Source: Phycisphaeraceae bacterium (GTDB lineage: Bacteria > Planctomycetota > Phycisphaerae > Phycisphaerales > Phycisphaeraceae). Taken from it: a stretch of 64,000 bases of DNA. Positions 18,813 to 28,081 of this stretch are shown one piece after another. Positions within the stretch are counted from its first letter, which is position 1. The number at the start of each line of letters is the position of its first letter. The DNA lies in assembly GCA_963674705.1 (NCBI GenBank), contig OY771506.1:1536001-1600000 (forward strand). Reading direction: 5' to 3'. The position numbers and the translations under genes were made by a program. The notes beneath the pieces were generated by a model, which was given only the letters and a program-made list of their open reading frames with translations, was not told the origin of the DNA and did not search any database.

Positions 18813-20075
18813 GTGATCCTATGTGCGATTGAAGATATCAGTGAAGGGATGCGGACGGCGGCGGCGGTATTCCACCCGCGCCGGCCGGACATGGAGCTGT
18901 TGGCGGCCGATGTCCCGCTCGATCGCAAGCTGCTGTACAAGCTGCCCAAGCTGGGTATCAAGCGCGTGTGGGTATCCGACGAAGCCACGGACGATCTGAA
19001 CGATCTGATCCTTGCCAAACCCAGTGAAGCTTTAAACAAAGCGTTCAGCACGCTCAAGGAAGACTTCGCCGCGATGTCCATGCAGACCGTCTCGGCGGGC
19101 AGCCTGCGGACGTATCGCCAGATCATCATGGACCTGATGTGCGAGTTGATCGCCAACCGGGATGTGGCTTGCGTGACCGAGCAACTGATCGGCGGGCCCG
19201 GCAGATTGTTCACGCACTCGGCGAACGTGGCGTACCTGTCCGTCCTGATCGGGATCGATCTGGAAACCTACATCGTGCAACAGCGCAGCCGACTGGACCA
19301 GCACCACGCGCGCGACATCACCGCGCTGGGCATGGGCGCGATGATGCACGACATCGGCAAGTCCATCCTGGAAGAACGGGCGGACACCGAAGTCCACGAG
19401 ATCGACATGGATGGCGATGAACTCACCGACGAGCAGCGCGATGACTACAAGGATCATGTGCTCAACGGGTACCGGATGTTGCAGGGGACGCGTGCACCGG
19501 CGTCTGCAATGCAGATCGTGCTGACGCATCATCAGCGCTGGGACGGCGAGGGGTTCCCGGATATGTCCGGCCCGACACGCAACCGTATCCGGGGCATGCA
19601 GCGCGGGGTTGATATCCATATCTTCAGCCGGATCGTCGCGGCGGCGAACCTGCTGGAAAACCTGATGACGCGCCTGGGCAATAAACGTCCCGCCATCTTC
19701 GCGCTGCATGAATTAAAAGACAAGCGATACGACGGCTGGATCGATCCGATCGTCCGCGACTCGGTGTTGCGGAGGATCCCTCCCTTCCCGGTCGGCGGGA
19801 TGATTACACTCAGCGACGGCAGGCCCGCGGTGGTCATCACGCCTAACCTGGTCCAGCCATGTCGGCCGATCGTGCGTCTGCTGGCGGAGGCCGATCGGTT
19901 GCCCGACGGTAAGCGTCCTCACCTGGACCTTGCGGAGCATCACGAACTGCATGTCAGCAACTTTGCCGGGGAGGATGTTGAGAAGCACCTGTTTTCGCTG
20001 GTTGAGGATCAGCCACTATCGACGAAGATCGTGCTTGAGTCGGATAACGCCCAGAAAAGACGCGAATCCGCCTGA
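18813..20075 (+). CDS. HD-GYP domain protein (possibly degenerate)
   Basis: Motifs HSANVA, MHDIGK, HHQRWDGEGFP and FPVGGMITLSDG. The GTG at 18813 follows ggaga; the ORF track starts at 18759. Confidence 0.85.
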   Translation: MILCAIEDISEGMRTAAAVFHPRRPDMELLAADVPLDRKLLYKLPKLGIKRVWVSDEATDDLNDLILAKPSEALNKAFSTLKEDFAAMSMQTVSAGSLRTYRQIIMDLMCELIANRDVACVTEQLIGGPGRLFTHSANVAYLSVLIGIDLETYIVQQRSRLDQHHARDITALGMGAMMHDIGKSILEERADTEVHEIDMDGDELTDEQRDDYKDHVLNGYRMLQGTRAPASAMQIVLTHHQRWDGEGFPDMSGPTRNRIRGMQRGVDIHIFSRIVAAANLLENLMTRLGNKRPAIFALHELKDKRYDGWIDPIVRDSVLRRIPPFPVGGMITLSDGRPAVVITPNLVQPCRPIVRLLAEADRLPDGKRPHLDLAEHHELHVSNFAGEDVEKHLFSLVEDQPLSTKIVLESDNAQKRRESA

Positions 20076-20193
20076 GCCAAGGCCTGTTGCGGCTTAGCGA
20101 CCCCACTGGTTATCAATTCCGATACGATGTCGATGTGCATCACACGCTGATTGTGTATGTGCCTGCCGACCATACGAATCGAAGGAACCAGCT

Positions 20194-21105
20194 TTGAACC
20201 TCTCAGACATCCAGATCCGCGATCCTTATATCCTTCCGGTTGATTCCACGGGCATGTATTACCTCTACGGCACGACGGATAAGGAGCCTTGGGGGCAGCG
20301 CGGCGTCGGTTTTGATTGCTACCGCAGCAAGGACCTTCGAAACTGGGAAGGGCCGATCGAAGCGTTCAGGCCTTGGCAGGGATTCTGGGCGACGCGGCAC
20401 TACTGGGCGCCGGAGGTGCATGCGTACAAGAGCCGATACTTCATGTTCGCATCGTTTGTGTCGAATGAACGATTGCGTGGGACACAGATCCTTGTTGCGG
20501 ATAAACCGGAGGGGCCGTTCGAGCTTTGGAGTGATGGGCCGGTGACGCCGGAGGATATGCAGGCGCTTGATGGGACGTTGCATATTGATGATGAGGGTAA
20601 GCCGTGGATGGTGTTCTGCCACGAGTGGGTACAGGTGCTGGACGGTGCGATGGTCGCGATGCGCTTGAGTGATGATCTTAAGCAAGCGGAGGGCGAGCCG
20701 GTGACGCTGTTTCACGCCTCGGCGGCGCCGTGGGTGAAATCGTTCCGCGTGGATGATCCGAAGCGGTTAGTCAATCCCGATCCGAAAAGCATCGAAAAAG
20801 ACTTAACGGTGACGGATGGGCCGTTTTTATATCGCACAAAAAGCGGCACTTTGCTGATGCTCTGGTCGAGTTTCGGCAATAAGGGTTACGCGATGGGATT
20901 GGCGCGATCCGAATCGGGCAACATTCTTGGGCCATGGGTGCAGGATGCAGAGCCGTTGTGGGCCGAAGACGGCGGACACGGCATGTTCTTCCGCACGTTT
21001 GAAGGCGATCTCTACGTTACGCTGCATCAACCAAACAACACGCCGAACGAACGCGCGGCGTTTTATCGGTTGGTGGAGATGGGCGATGTTTTACGCTTGG
21101 CGTGA
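20194..21105 (+). CDS. GH43 glycoside hydrolase
   Basis: Motifs IRDPYI, WAPEV, LDGTL, HEW, TDGPF and GGHG. TTG start after aagga. Confidence 0.9.
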   Translation: MNLSDIQIRDPYILPVDSTGMYYLYGTTDKEPWGQRGVGFDCYRSKDLRNWEGPIEAFRPWQGFWATRHYWAPEVHAYKSRYFMFASFVSNERLRGTQILVADKPEGPFELWSDGPVTPEDMQALDGTLHIDDEGKPWMVFCHEWVQVLDGAMVAMRLSDDLKQAEGEPVTLFHASAAPWVKSFRVDDPKRLVNPDPKSIEKDLTVTDGPFLYRTKSGTLLMLWSSFGNKGYAMGLARSESGNILGPWVQDAEPLWAEDGGHGMFFRTFEGDLYVTLHQPNNTPNERAAFYRLVEMGDVLRLA

Positions 21106-21116
21106 ATCCTATGGCC

Positions 21117-21647
21117 CTAGCGCAGTGTATTCATGTCGCGCACGCGTCTTTCATGATTCACTTGCGAAAGCGCGGCCGGTTCTTTTTGCAATAGTTTGAC
21201 CAACTGTGATGAACTGACGCCCAGTACTGCGGCGGCTTTGCTGTGGTCGTAGCCCATGGCGGCGAGCAGGTCCATGGCTTCGGCGAGCAGTGTCGGGAAG
21301 TCGGTGTGGTCGGCGCTGAGGATTATTTTTTTGTCCTTGATGCGTGATTGCCACAGCGCGCTGGGCGGATCGGTCGGGTCTGGTAACTGCTCGCAGCGGT
21401 ACTCGATCGCGAGCTTGAGTCGCAGGCGTTTTAAGGCGATACGTTGATTATCCTGCTGGCTTCGGCGCTCGGTGGCGTTGGCGATCAGGCCCGTCGGCGT
21501 GTGCGAGAGTTCGATAGCGGTCTCGACCTTGTTGCGGTGCTGGCCGCCCGGGCCGGAGGCTTTGAATCGGCGGACTTTGCACTGCTTGAGCAGGTCGTCG
21601 GGGTCGAGGGCTGCGGGGTGGCGGCGGGATGGCTTTTGCTCGGACAT
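21117..21647 (-). CDS. Peptide chain release factor-like (GGQ) protein
   Basis: FKASGPGGQHRNKVETAIELSHTPTG..ERRSQ, followed by a C-terminal HTH-like segment. Confidence 0.85.
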   Translation of the reverse strand: MSEQKPSRRHPAALDPDDLLKQCKVRRFKASGPGGQHRNKVETAIELSHTPTGLIANATERRSQQDNQRIALKRLRLKLAIEYRCEQLPDPTDPPSALWQSRIKDKKIILSADHTDFPTLLAEAMDLLAAMGYDHSKAAAVLGVSSSQLVKLLQKEPAALSQVNHERRVRDMNTLR

Positions 21648-21732
21648 GCGTCTATGGTATCGCGGTTGGACGTGATGCTTACACGCGGATCTGCGATCCG
21701 CCGCTAAACGTGGTTGGATGGAAAGGTAAGTA

Positions 21733-22659
21733 GTGCCGGACGCTGAACAAACCAAGGTAGATGGTAACCAGGCGGGGCTGCTTGCGGGGCTCGACAGGAC
21801 GATGAGCCATGGGCCGGGGATGGTCCGGATCGGGCCGTTGCTGTTGTGGGTGGCTTGCATGTTTGTGGTTGGGCTGGCACGCGATTGGGACTCGCGGACG
21901 CTTCCCTTTCTATATGGTTTGCAGTGTGTGCTTACGACCGCGATGCTTTGGCGGTACCGCAAGCATTTGCCGGAGATGACGCTGTGGTTCCACTGGACGG
22001 TGATTCCCTCGGCGGTGTTCCTGGTGGTGGGTTGGATCTTCCTGGGCTGGCTGATGGGCGGGCAACTGTCCGAGCGCATCGTCTGGCTCAAGGACGGCAT
22101 GCCGATCGATCATGCGCTGAACAGCAAGGGCGAGCCGCACTACTTCCAGACGATGAGTGGTGAGTACCCGGTGACGTACCAGGTGTCGATTTTCTTGCGC
22201 TTGCTGGGGATGTCGCTGATCGTGCCGTTTGTGGAAGAGATTTTTAATCGCAGCTTGTGTTTGCGTGCGATGCACTCTGCGAAGAAGACGAAGATCGCGT
22301 TTCTGCAGGTGTTGCACGACATGCCGGGGCTTGGCGACGTGTTGATGCACAAGCCGGCGGTGCGAGCGGCGGCGCAGCAGGAGCCGATGTTTACCAAGCA
22401 GTTTTACGAAACGCCGCTGGGGAAGGTGAGTGTGTTTGGAATAGCTGCCAGCACATTGATATTCATGCTCAACCACGTGCCACGCGATTACGTCGGCTGC
22501 ATCATGTGCGGCGTATTGTGGTGTTTGATGGTGAAGTGGACGAATGGCGAATCTCGCAAACGCAAACTCGGATTGGGCCCGGTGATCTGGTCGCACGGAT
22601 TAACCAACGCGCTGTTGTGGTGGTACACGATCGCTAGCGGGGATTGGCAGTTTCTTTAA
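21733..22659 (+). CDS. CPBP/CAAX prenyl protease-related intramembrane protease (type associated with PEP-CTERM systems)
   Basis: VPFVEEIFNR (EExxxR), FMLNH, SHGLTNALL and multiple TM helices. Confidence 0.8.
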   Translation: MPDAEQTKVDGNQAGLLAGLDRTMSHGPGMVRIGPLLLWVACMFVVGLARDWDSRTLPFLYGLQCVLTTAMLWRYRKHLPEMTLWFHWTVIPSAVFLVVGWIFLGWLMGGQLSERIVWLKDGMPIDHALNSKGEPHYFQTMSGEYPVTYQVSIFLRLLGMSLIVPFVEEIFNRSLCLRAMHSAKKTKIAFLQVLHDMPGLGDVLMHKPAVRAAAQQEPMFTKQFYETPLGKVSVFGIAASTLIFMLNHVPRDYVGCIMCGVLWCLMVKWTNGESRKRKLGLGPVIWSHGLTNALLWWYTIASGDWQFL

Positions 22660-22808
22660 ATCTCGGTGCAAGAATATGGCACCCCGGGGTAGCCCACACT
22701 TTATTTGTGCACAATTTGTTCACAACAAGTTGCGTTATTGGCTGATTATTTCGCGGCAGATCGTGCTTTTTGTGTTGACTTTATTTCCTGTAGTGGTAGA
22801 TTTGAATT

Positions 22809-22948
22809 GCACCAGGGACCGGAGGCCGGACAGACTTCCGGCAACCGGGGATACGCAAGAAACCGGACCCTGTCTAAGCCGACCGTATAAAGCCGAGTGG
22901 CCCAAACCAACGGACCCAACCGACTTTGTGTGGTCGGCTGTTTTTTTT
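22809..22948 (+). ncRNA. Candidate free-standing small RNA
   Basis: Promoter-like TTGACT(22775)-N16-TAGATT, a structured GGA-rich body, and a hairpin plus T8 at the end. There is no downstream + strand gene. Confidence 0.4.
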
Positions 22949-22976
22949 ATTCCGGTTTAGTCAACATGCGTATTAG

Positions 22977-23582
22977 TTAAATGCGCTTTGTGTGTCGTGT
23001 CTTGTAGTCCGGGCCTTGGGGGGTGAGGCGGGATTCGATCAGTTTGATGGTTTTGACTTTGATCGAGCCCAGACCGATATCGTGCGAATCGTTGATCATT
23101 TGTCTGATGCTTTCAATCACGCGGCGGTCGGGGCTTCGTCGGCGTTTGACACGCGCCAAGGTGATGTGCACCGCGAACGGTTTATCGCGTGTTGGGATAG
23201 GTAGCCCGAGTGAATCAATCTGTCTATCTAATCTTTGTGTGATCTTCGGCAGACATCCAAGTTCGCTCGGCGCGGCAAAGACAACGCGCGGCTGCTGATT
23301 GGTTTTGCCTGGGTGCAGCTCGGGGAAATTTCCGACGTGTGTCAGCTTCAGATCGAAAACAGAAAGCCAGCCTTCGTTGCACGCATCTTCAACGGCAGAG
23401 TCGATTGCAGCGCAAAGTTGATCAATGTTTTCGTTGTCGACTTCATCCAGAAATCGCAGCGTGATGTGCATCGCGTCGGGCCGGACCGGTCTGACACTTG
23501 GGCCCATGTGCGAGAGCTGGTCGATCCGCTTTACGAGCGGCGCAAGCAGCGGGACATCCAGGCCGATGAACAGTCTTGCCAT
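22977..23582 (-). CDS. thpR: RNA 2',3'-cyclic phosphodiesterase (2H family)
   Basis: MARLFIG start and two HxT motifs (HITLRFL, HITLAR); ESRLTPQGPDY. Confidence 0.9.
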   Translation of the reverse strand: MARLFIGLDVPLLAPLVKRIDQLSHMGPSVRPVRPDAMHITLRFLDEVDNENIDQLCAAIDSAVEDACNEGWLSVFDLKLTHVGNFPELHPGKTNQQPRVVFAAPSELGCLPKITQRLDRQIDSLGLPIPTRDKPFAVHITLARVKRRRSPDRRVIESIRQMINDSHDIGLGSIKVKTIKLIESRLTPQGPDYKTRHTKRI

Positions 23583-23636
23583 GGCGTCATGCTAACATGA
23601 CATGGCGGGTGGCTGGCACATTGTCCGGATGGGATA

Positions 23637-24785
23637 ATGGTGACCAGGATCTGTGCCGAACTATTTTGGGAAACCACCTGTATGACCACCTCCTGCAACA
23701 CACACCCGCGAACCGGACACTTTGATCGGTTGAACCAGCCTAAGACCTCGGCGGCGGCGTTGGGCTACCGGATGCCGGCCGAGTTTGAGCCTTTGGACTG
23801 CGTCTGGCTCGCGCCGCCGGATAACGAAGAAACCTGGCCCGGCTGCCTGGAGCAGGCGCAGCGGCAGTTTGCCGACTGGATGGACAAGCTGCGACAAGTG
23901 GTGACGGTGCGGACGACCCGTGAGTTGAATATCCCGGTCAATGACTCGTGGATCCGGGACTTCGGGCCGATCTTTGTGACGCGCGGCAAGTCGGCTTCTG
24001 CTTCATCGTCATCAGCGAACATTCCGGCCGGTGCGGCACTTACCGCCGGCTCCGCCCCCCCGCTTGCCTGCCATGACTTTCACTTCAATTCGTGGGGTGA
24101 GAAGTACGAGGTCCGGGACCTGGATGATGTGGTGCCGCAGCATGTCGCGAAGGTGCTGGGCCTGCCGATCTGGGTGCACGACTTTGTGCTGGAAGGCGGA
24201 TCGATCGAGGTGAACGGCCGAGGTACGGTCCTAACCAGCGAGCAATGCCTGCTGAACGCGAATCGCAATCCTGAGATGAGTCGCAAGCAGATTGTGGACA
24301 AACTGCACGAGACGCTGGGTACGCGACACGTGATCTGGCTGCCCGGGGGGATCGAGGGCGACGATACGGACGGGCATATTGATGATGTCGCTCGTTTCAT
24401 TTCGCCGGACACGGTTGCCATTATCGCCGCCGATCCGGGCCACCCGGACCATGCCATGACCCAAGCCAATATTGAGGCTTTGAGAGGTTCGACCGACCAG
24501 GACGGCAACGCGCTGAATATCGTTCAACTGCCTATGCCACAACCGGTTATGTATGAATACCCCGAGGGGAAATCACCTGTGCCGGCCAGTTATGCCAACT
24601 TCCTGATCGCGAACAAACATGTGTTTGTGCCGGTGTTCGGTCAGGTGTCCGATGAGCAGGCGCTACGGGTGCTGGATGATGTAATGAGTAGCTACAGCAT
24701 TGTCCCGATCCGGGCGGAGCACCTGGTCGTAGGGCTGGGTGCGCTGCACTGTTTAAGCCAGCAGCAGCCGGCGGTGGTTGTGTAA
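23637..24785 (+). CDS. Agmatine deiminase / peptidyl-arginine deiminase family protein
   Basis: Motifs RMPAEFEP, DSWIRDFGP, LEGGSIE, DDTDGHIDD, ASYANF and GALHCLSQQQP. The start may be the ATG at 23682. Confidence 0.92.
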   Translation: MVTRICAELFWETTCMTTSCNTHPRTGHFDRLNQPKTSAAALGYRMPAEFEPLDCVWLAPPDNEETWPGCLEQAQRQFADWMDKLRQVVTVRTTRELNIPVNDSWIRDFGPIFVTRGKSASASSSSANIPAGAALTAGSAPPLACHDFHFNSWGEKYEVRDLDDVVPQHVAKVLGLPIWVHDFVLEGGSIEVNGRGTVLTSEQCLLNANRNPEMSRKQIVDKLHETLGTRHVIWLPGGIEGDDTDGHIDDVARFISPDTVAIIAADPGHPDHAMTQANIEALRGSTDQDGNALNIVQLPMPQPVMYEYPEGKSPVPASYANFLIANKHVFVPVFGQVSDEQALRVLDDVMSSYSIVPIRAEHLVVGLGALHCLSQQQPAVVV

Positions 24786-24928
24786 ATCTTGATTCGCCAG
24801 ACGTTTTCAGTAACATGAGATGTCCCGATTAGCTTGTGTTGGGCTAATCGGGTTATAATTGAAGCCGTCCTTACCTCGGGGTGGGGGCATCAAACCGTGG
24901 TATATGCATCAAATATGGAGACCTGAAT

Positions 24929-25180
24929 ATGTTGCGTCACACACTGATTCTGAGCTTGGGCCTGTTGGCCGCGATCACCTTGGGCTGTGAGAAGAAGAAG
25001 GAAGCCCCCGCCGCAGCGGATAAACCTGATACTGCGCAGATTGAGAAGGATGCGGACAAGGCTATGGATGAAGCCAAGGACACGATGGAAGAAGCCAAGG
25101 ACAAGGCTGGAGAAGTTGCTGAAGAAGCCAAGGACAAGGCCGATGATGCTGTGGATGCCATGAAGAAGGCGACCGAATAA
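24929..25180 (+). CDS. Small lipoprotein with 11-mer amphipathic (LEA/YtxH-like) repeats
   Basis: Lipobox TLGC, repeated EEAKD, and RBS ggag. Confidence 0.75.
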   Translation: MLRHTLILSLGLLAAITLGCEKKKEAPAAADKPDTAQIEKDADKAMDEAKDTMEEAKDKAGEVAEEAKDKADDAVDAMKKATE

Positions 25181-25205
25181 GCAGCAGTTGAACACGATTC
25201 AAAAT

Positions 25206-25237
25206 GAAAAACCCACGGTTTTGGCCGTGGGTTTTTC
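25206..25237. terminator. Bidirectional Rho-independent terminator
   Basis: gaaaaacccacgg-ttttgg-ccgtgggtttttc between convergent genes. Confidence 0.9.
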
Positions 25238-25261
25238 TATTTTAACAATTAACCTTGCGGT

Positions 25262-26041
25262 TCAATGCAGCGACTGATCGACTTCGTGCTCGGCCGCGAT
25301 CGGGCTCAGGGGTTTGTCGATGCAGGGAGCGTCCAGACGGACCGGGGCGCTGGAGCGTGACGGGGCGACATGCAACACCGCGTTGGCGAGGACCCGGCGG
25401 ACATCCTTGTGGTAGTAGATCGGGAAGGTCTCGTGGCCCGGGCGGAAGTAGAAGACCTTGCCTTTGCCGCGGTTCCAGGTGCAGCCGGAGCGGAAGACTT
25501 CGCCGCCCTCGAACCAACTGACGAAGATCAGCTCATCGGGGGTGGGGATGTCGAACAACTCGCCGTACATCTCGGTATGTTCGATCTCGAAGTACTCATC
25601 TTCCAGGCCGTCGGCGATGGGGTGGCCGGGCATCAGGCACCATAGCCGTTCCTTCTCGGCTGCCTCGCGCCAGCGCAGGGAGCAGGTCGTTCCCATGAGT
25701 TTCTTGAAGATCTTCGAGTAGTGGCCGGAGTGCAGGACGATCAGGCCCATGCCTTCCAGGACGCGCCGGTGGACCTTCTCGACGATCTTGTCGTCAACCT
25801 GGTCGTGGGCACAGTGGCCCCACCAGGTCATGACGTCGGTCTCGGCGAGCACCTTGTCGGTCAGGCCGTGCTCTGGTTCTTCCAGCAAGGCGGTGCGGAC
25901 CTGGACCGATTTGCCGAGATACTCTTCGATCGCGGTCTTCATCTCGGTTTGCATGCCTTTGGGATAAAGCTTTTTAACTGCATCGTTGGTGCGGTCGTGG
26001 ACGTGTTCGTGCCAGACTGTTACACGGATCGGGGCGGGCAT
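25262..26041 (-). CDS. thuA: Trehalose utilization protein ThuA family
   Basis: Motifs [35 protein letters not shown] and FRPGHETFP. Confidence 0.9.
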   Translation of the reverse strand: MPAPIRVTVWHEHVHDRTNDAVKKLYPKGMQTEMKTAIEEYLGKSVQVRTALLEEPEHGLTDKVLAETDVMTWWGHCAHDQVDDKIVEKVHRRVLEGMGLIVLHSGHYSKIFKKLMGTTCSLRWREAAEKERLWCLMPGHPIADGLEDEYFEIEHTEMYGELFDIPTPDELIFVSWFEGGEVFRSGCTWNRGKGKVFYFRPGHETFPIYYHKDVRRVLANAVLHVAPSRSSAPVRLDAPCIDKPLSPIAAEHEVDQSLH

Positions 26042-26196
26042 ATCGGGGGTCCTGTCATAAGGGGTGGTTAGTATCCAGTCGGAACATGAGGTTTTATAGC
26101 CGATCTACTCTGACCGCAAACCGCCGGGCGCAAGCCGGTTCCGGGCAGAGTCGCCCCCACGTTCCCGGGTATGCAGTGGCGTTTAGGTCTATAATC

Positions 26197-28008
26197 ATGC
26201 CCATGACCGGCCGCACCCTACGCACGCTGTTCTGGGCCCTGTTGGCGTTGCTGATCGTAGCACAATCAGGCGCTACCGAACCAGAGACCACCCCCGCCGA
26301 TCCCGCCCTGCCGACCGAGCAGGTGCAGACGACGGACGCTCTACCTTCAGAGAATCCACAGGCTGATGCGGATGCATCCGAGCAGGTCGATCTATCAACA
26401 TCGACCCCGGCCCGGATGCCCAGCTCCAACATCGTCATCCCCTCCGGTGCGGACATCGCGGTGATTCCTATCTCTGGTCTTATCTATGACTTCACGCTGG
26501 AGAGCCTGGAGCGCCGGGTCGACAAGGCGATTGATGGCGGTGCGTCGCTGATCGTCATCGAGCTGGACACGCCCGGCGGCGTGGTGACCAGCGCCTTGAA
26601 GATGAGCAAGTACATCAAGGGGCTGTCGGTTCCCACCGTTGCGTGGGTGCATAATGAAGCGTACTCCGCGGGGATCATGATTGCTGCATCGTGCGATGAG
26701 ATTGTGATGTCACCCTCCTCGGCAACTGGCGATTGTGCACCGATCGTGCCGGGGATGAATCTCGATCCGACGGAACGCGCCAAGGCGCTTTCGCCGATCC
26801 TCGAAGAGTTTCGCGATAGTGCGCAGGTGAATGGTTACGACTATGCCATGTTCCATGCGATGTGTGTGCTGGGCGTCGAACTCTACATGGTGGAGAAGAA
26901 CGACGGCTCCGGCGAGCGGATGCTCGTGAACAAGGTGGACTACGAGGTGATGGTAAATGGCGATTCCCCGCAGGATCAGCCGTCGTCGGCACCGAACCTG
27001 CCAAGCGCCAAGGGGACGTCTTTGCCGGAGGTGAAAGATGTCGGCGCGGTGACGTTGAGTGTTGCCACGAGCGCTGACCGGGGCGCCTGGCACGCGGTGG
27101 AAGAATTACCGAGCGGTGCGAAGATTCCGGACGGCCGAGTGCATGATGGCAAAACACTGCTGACATTGAACCAGACGCGAGCGCTGGATGTTGGTTTATC
27201 CAAGCAAACGGTAGCGACGGAGTCGGCAATTAAGAGCCGGTACAACGCCGCCAATATTGTCACGATCACGCCGACGTGGAGCGAAGGCGTCGCCGCGATC
27301 CTGACATCGTGGTGGATGCGCATCATCCTGATCGTTGTGTTCCTGGTTGGCGCATTTCTTGAAATGCAGGCGCCGGGGCTTAGCCTGCCGGGCGGTGTTG
27401 CGATCGTGGCGTTGGGGCTGCTGATCGGCGCGCCGTTTGTCATCGGGCTGGCGGAGGTCTGGCACATCCTCATGTTTATCATCGGTTTTGTGCTGGTGAT
27501 CATCGAGCTGGTGATGATGCCGACCTTTGGCATACTGGGCGTGGTCGGATTGATGATGATGTTTGTGGGGATCGTGCTAAGCGTCGTGCCCTCGGGGCCG
27601 GGCTGGCTGCCCCCACCGGAGATGCAGCAGGTGATGATGCACTCGATCTTCGCCACGACCGTCGGGCTGATACTCAGCGGCATCGGGTTCTACTACATCA
27701 CCAAGCACTTCGGCAGCATCCCCGGGCTGAACCGGCTGATCCTCAATCACGTTCAACCGTCTGCGGCGACCGTCGGCATGGATGCGGCGGGGAACCCGAT
27801 CAAGGTCAGCGGCGATGAAGTACTCGGCGTAGGTCTGGTCGAGGTCGGCTCTGAAGGCAAAGCACTGACCGATCTTCGCCCCACCGGTGTTGCGGACTTT
27901 GACGGCAACCAGATCGACGTCGTGACCGTCGGCTCATACATCGAACAGGGTGAACGTGTTAAAATCGTCGAACTGCAACGTTACCGTATCGTTGTCGACA
28001 AAGCCTGA
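26197..28008 (+). CDS. NfeD family protein (ClpP-like protease domain, TM region, OB domain)
   Basis: ELDTPGG and AYSAG (ClpP/crotonase-like), ELMQAPG-type TM region (FLEMQAPG), and C-terminal LTDLRPTG..IDVV. Confidence 0.88.
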   Translation: MPMTGRTLRTLFWALLALLIVAQSGATEPETTPADPALPTEQVQTTDALPSENPQADADASEQVDLSTSTPARMPSSNIVIPSGADIAVIPISGLIYDFTLESLERRVDKAIDGGASLIVIELDTPGGVVTSALKMSKYIKGLSVPTVAWVHNEAYSAGIMIAASCDEIVMSPSSATGDCAPIVPGMNLDPTERAKALSPILEEFRDSAQVNGYDYAMFHAMCVLGVELYMVEKNDGSGERMLVNKVDYEVMVNGDSPQDQPSSAPNLPSAKGTSLPEVKDVGAVTLSVATSADRGAWHAVEELPSGAKIPDGRVHDGKTLLTLNQTRALDVGLSKQTVATESAIKSRYNAANIVTITPTWSEGVAAILTSWWMRIILIVVFLVGAFLEMQAPGLSLPGGVAIVALGLLIGAPFVIGLAEVWHILMFIIGFVLVIIELVMMPTFGILGVVGLMMMFVGIVLSVVPSGPGWLPPPEMQQVMMHSIFATTVGLILSGIGFYYITKHFGSIPGLNRLILNHVQPSAATVGMDAAGNPIKVSGDEVLGVGLVEVGSEGKALTDLRPTGVADFDGNQIDVVTVGSYIEQGERVKIVELQRYRIVVDKA

Positions 28009-28081
28009 TACCCACTCACTTCAGTATCCGTGACAACGACAGGCTGGTGAATCAAAACTTCCAGCTCCCCGGAGGCACATC

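Noticed and set aside
22825..22903. c-di-GMP-I (GEMM) riboswitch
   Set aside because: ACGCAA and AGCCGAGT are reminiscent, but the GNRA-capped P2 and the P3 pairing do not fit, and there is no downstream gene.
26197..28008. NfeD without an adjacent SPFH/flotillin gene
   Set aside because: The partner may be elsewhere in the genome, so this is not informative.
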